A stretch of 41,164 nt of DNA from positions 1-41,164 of the IMG/VR virus record IMGVR_UViG_3300044454_000105, one strand, 5' to 3'. Positions within the stretch are counted from its first letter, which is position 1. Each line of letters begins with the position of its first letter. Below are positions 40,668 to 41,164 of this stretch, piece after piece. Source of the stretch: a virus. Taxonomy: Duplodnaviria; Caudoviricetes. The translations under genes and the position numbers were made by a program. The notes beneath the pieces are model-generated. The model worked only from the letters and a program-made list of their open reading frames with translations, was not told the origin of the DNA and did no database searches.

Positions 40668-41164
40668 CTATTCCTGTAGCATCTCGATAAGATGTTGAAT
40701 TTGCGCGTCCCTGGCGGCGTCCAAGGCGGCGGACCTGGCGGCGGCCCTGGCGGCGGCCCTGGCGGCGTCCAAGGCGGCGTCCAAGGCGGCGTCCATGGCG
40801 GCGTCCATGACGGCGTCCATGACGGCGTCCCAGGCGGCGTCCATGACGGCGTCCCTGGCGGCGGCCCTGGCGGCGTCCCAGGCGGCGTCCAAGGCGGCGT
40901 CCAAGGCGGCGTCCAAGGCGGCGTCCAAGGCGGCGTCCCAGGCGGCGGCCCTGGCGGCGTCCCAGGCGGCGGACCTGGCGGCGCAGGCGGCGTCCCTGGC
41001 GGCGGCCCAGGCGGCGTCCAAGGCGGCGGCCCTGGCGGCGTCCCAGGCGGCGGCCAAGGCGGCGTCCATGACGGCGTCCCAGGCGGCGTCCCTGGCGGCG
41101 GCCCTGGCGGCGTCCATGGCGGCGTCCAACTCATCCGCCGCCGCCTGCCCGTTGGCAAATCGCT
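40668..41164 (-). CDS. 3' part of Ala-repeat protein paralogue B
   Basis: Frame is open to the window end; RFANGQAAADELD and AQIQHLIEMLQE are identical to paralogue A. Confidence 0.85.
   Translation of the reverse strand, partial: RFANGQAAADELDAAMDAARAAARDAAWDAVMDAALAAAWDAARAAALDAAWAAARDAACAARSAAWDAARAAAWDAALDAALDAALDAALDAAWDAARAAARDAVMDAAWDAVMDAVMDAAMDAALDAALDAARAAARAAARSAALDAARDAQIQHLIEMLQE
40707..41123 (-). repeat. Coding tandem array, 35 units (34 x 12 bp plus one 9-bp unit)
   Basis: Same unit family as 239-478 but different number and order. Confidence 0.95.

Noticed and set aside
40707-41123. Repeat arrays as a CRISPR array or a diversity-generating retroelement
   Set aside because: Units are contiguous 12-mers without unique spacers; no cas or reverse transcriptase gene was recognised; the copies differ in unit number and order rather than by adenine-specific substitution

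Overview
The window reads as a near-complete, probably circularly permuted ~41 kb siphovirus-type phage genome; both ends fall inside the same duplicated gene. Layout: a leftward early operon (1-2901, continuing at 39564-41164) with an XRE repressor and two tandem paralogues carrying variable Ala-rich 12-bp repeat arrays; a rightward early/middle operon (Cro-like HTH, replication initiator with iterons, RusA-like resolvase, GH25 endolysin); then terminase, portal, MuF, scaffold, capsid, neck, non-contractile tail (chaperone -1 frameshift, tape measure), tail tip/fibre and holin-like genes. The standout feature is an ~8 kb, translationally coupled sugar biosynthesis island (13215-21186) between portal and MuF. 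It encodes RfbG-like and RfbH-like enzymes, an SDR, two methyltransferases, a radical SAM/SPASM enzyme, a NeuB-like synthase and a split ThDP enzyme. Two glycosyltransferases sit right after the capsid/decoration genes, just upstream of a repeat-rich fibre-like protein. I infer a phage-encoded system that builds an unusual sugar and glycosylates the virion; this is unproven. No integrase, partition ATPase, tRNA, rRNA or CRISPR array was recognised. All family calls come from motif recognition by eye, not from database searches, and the host is not determined.
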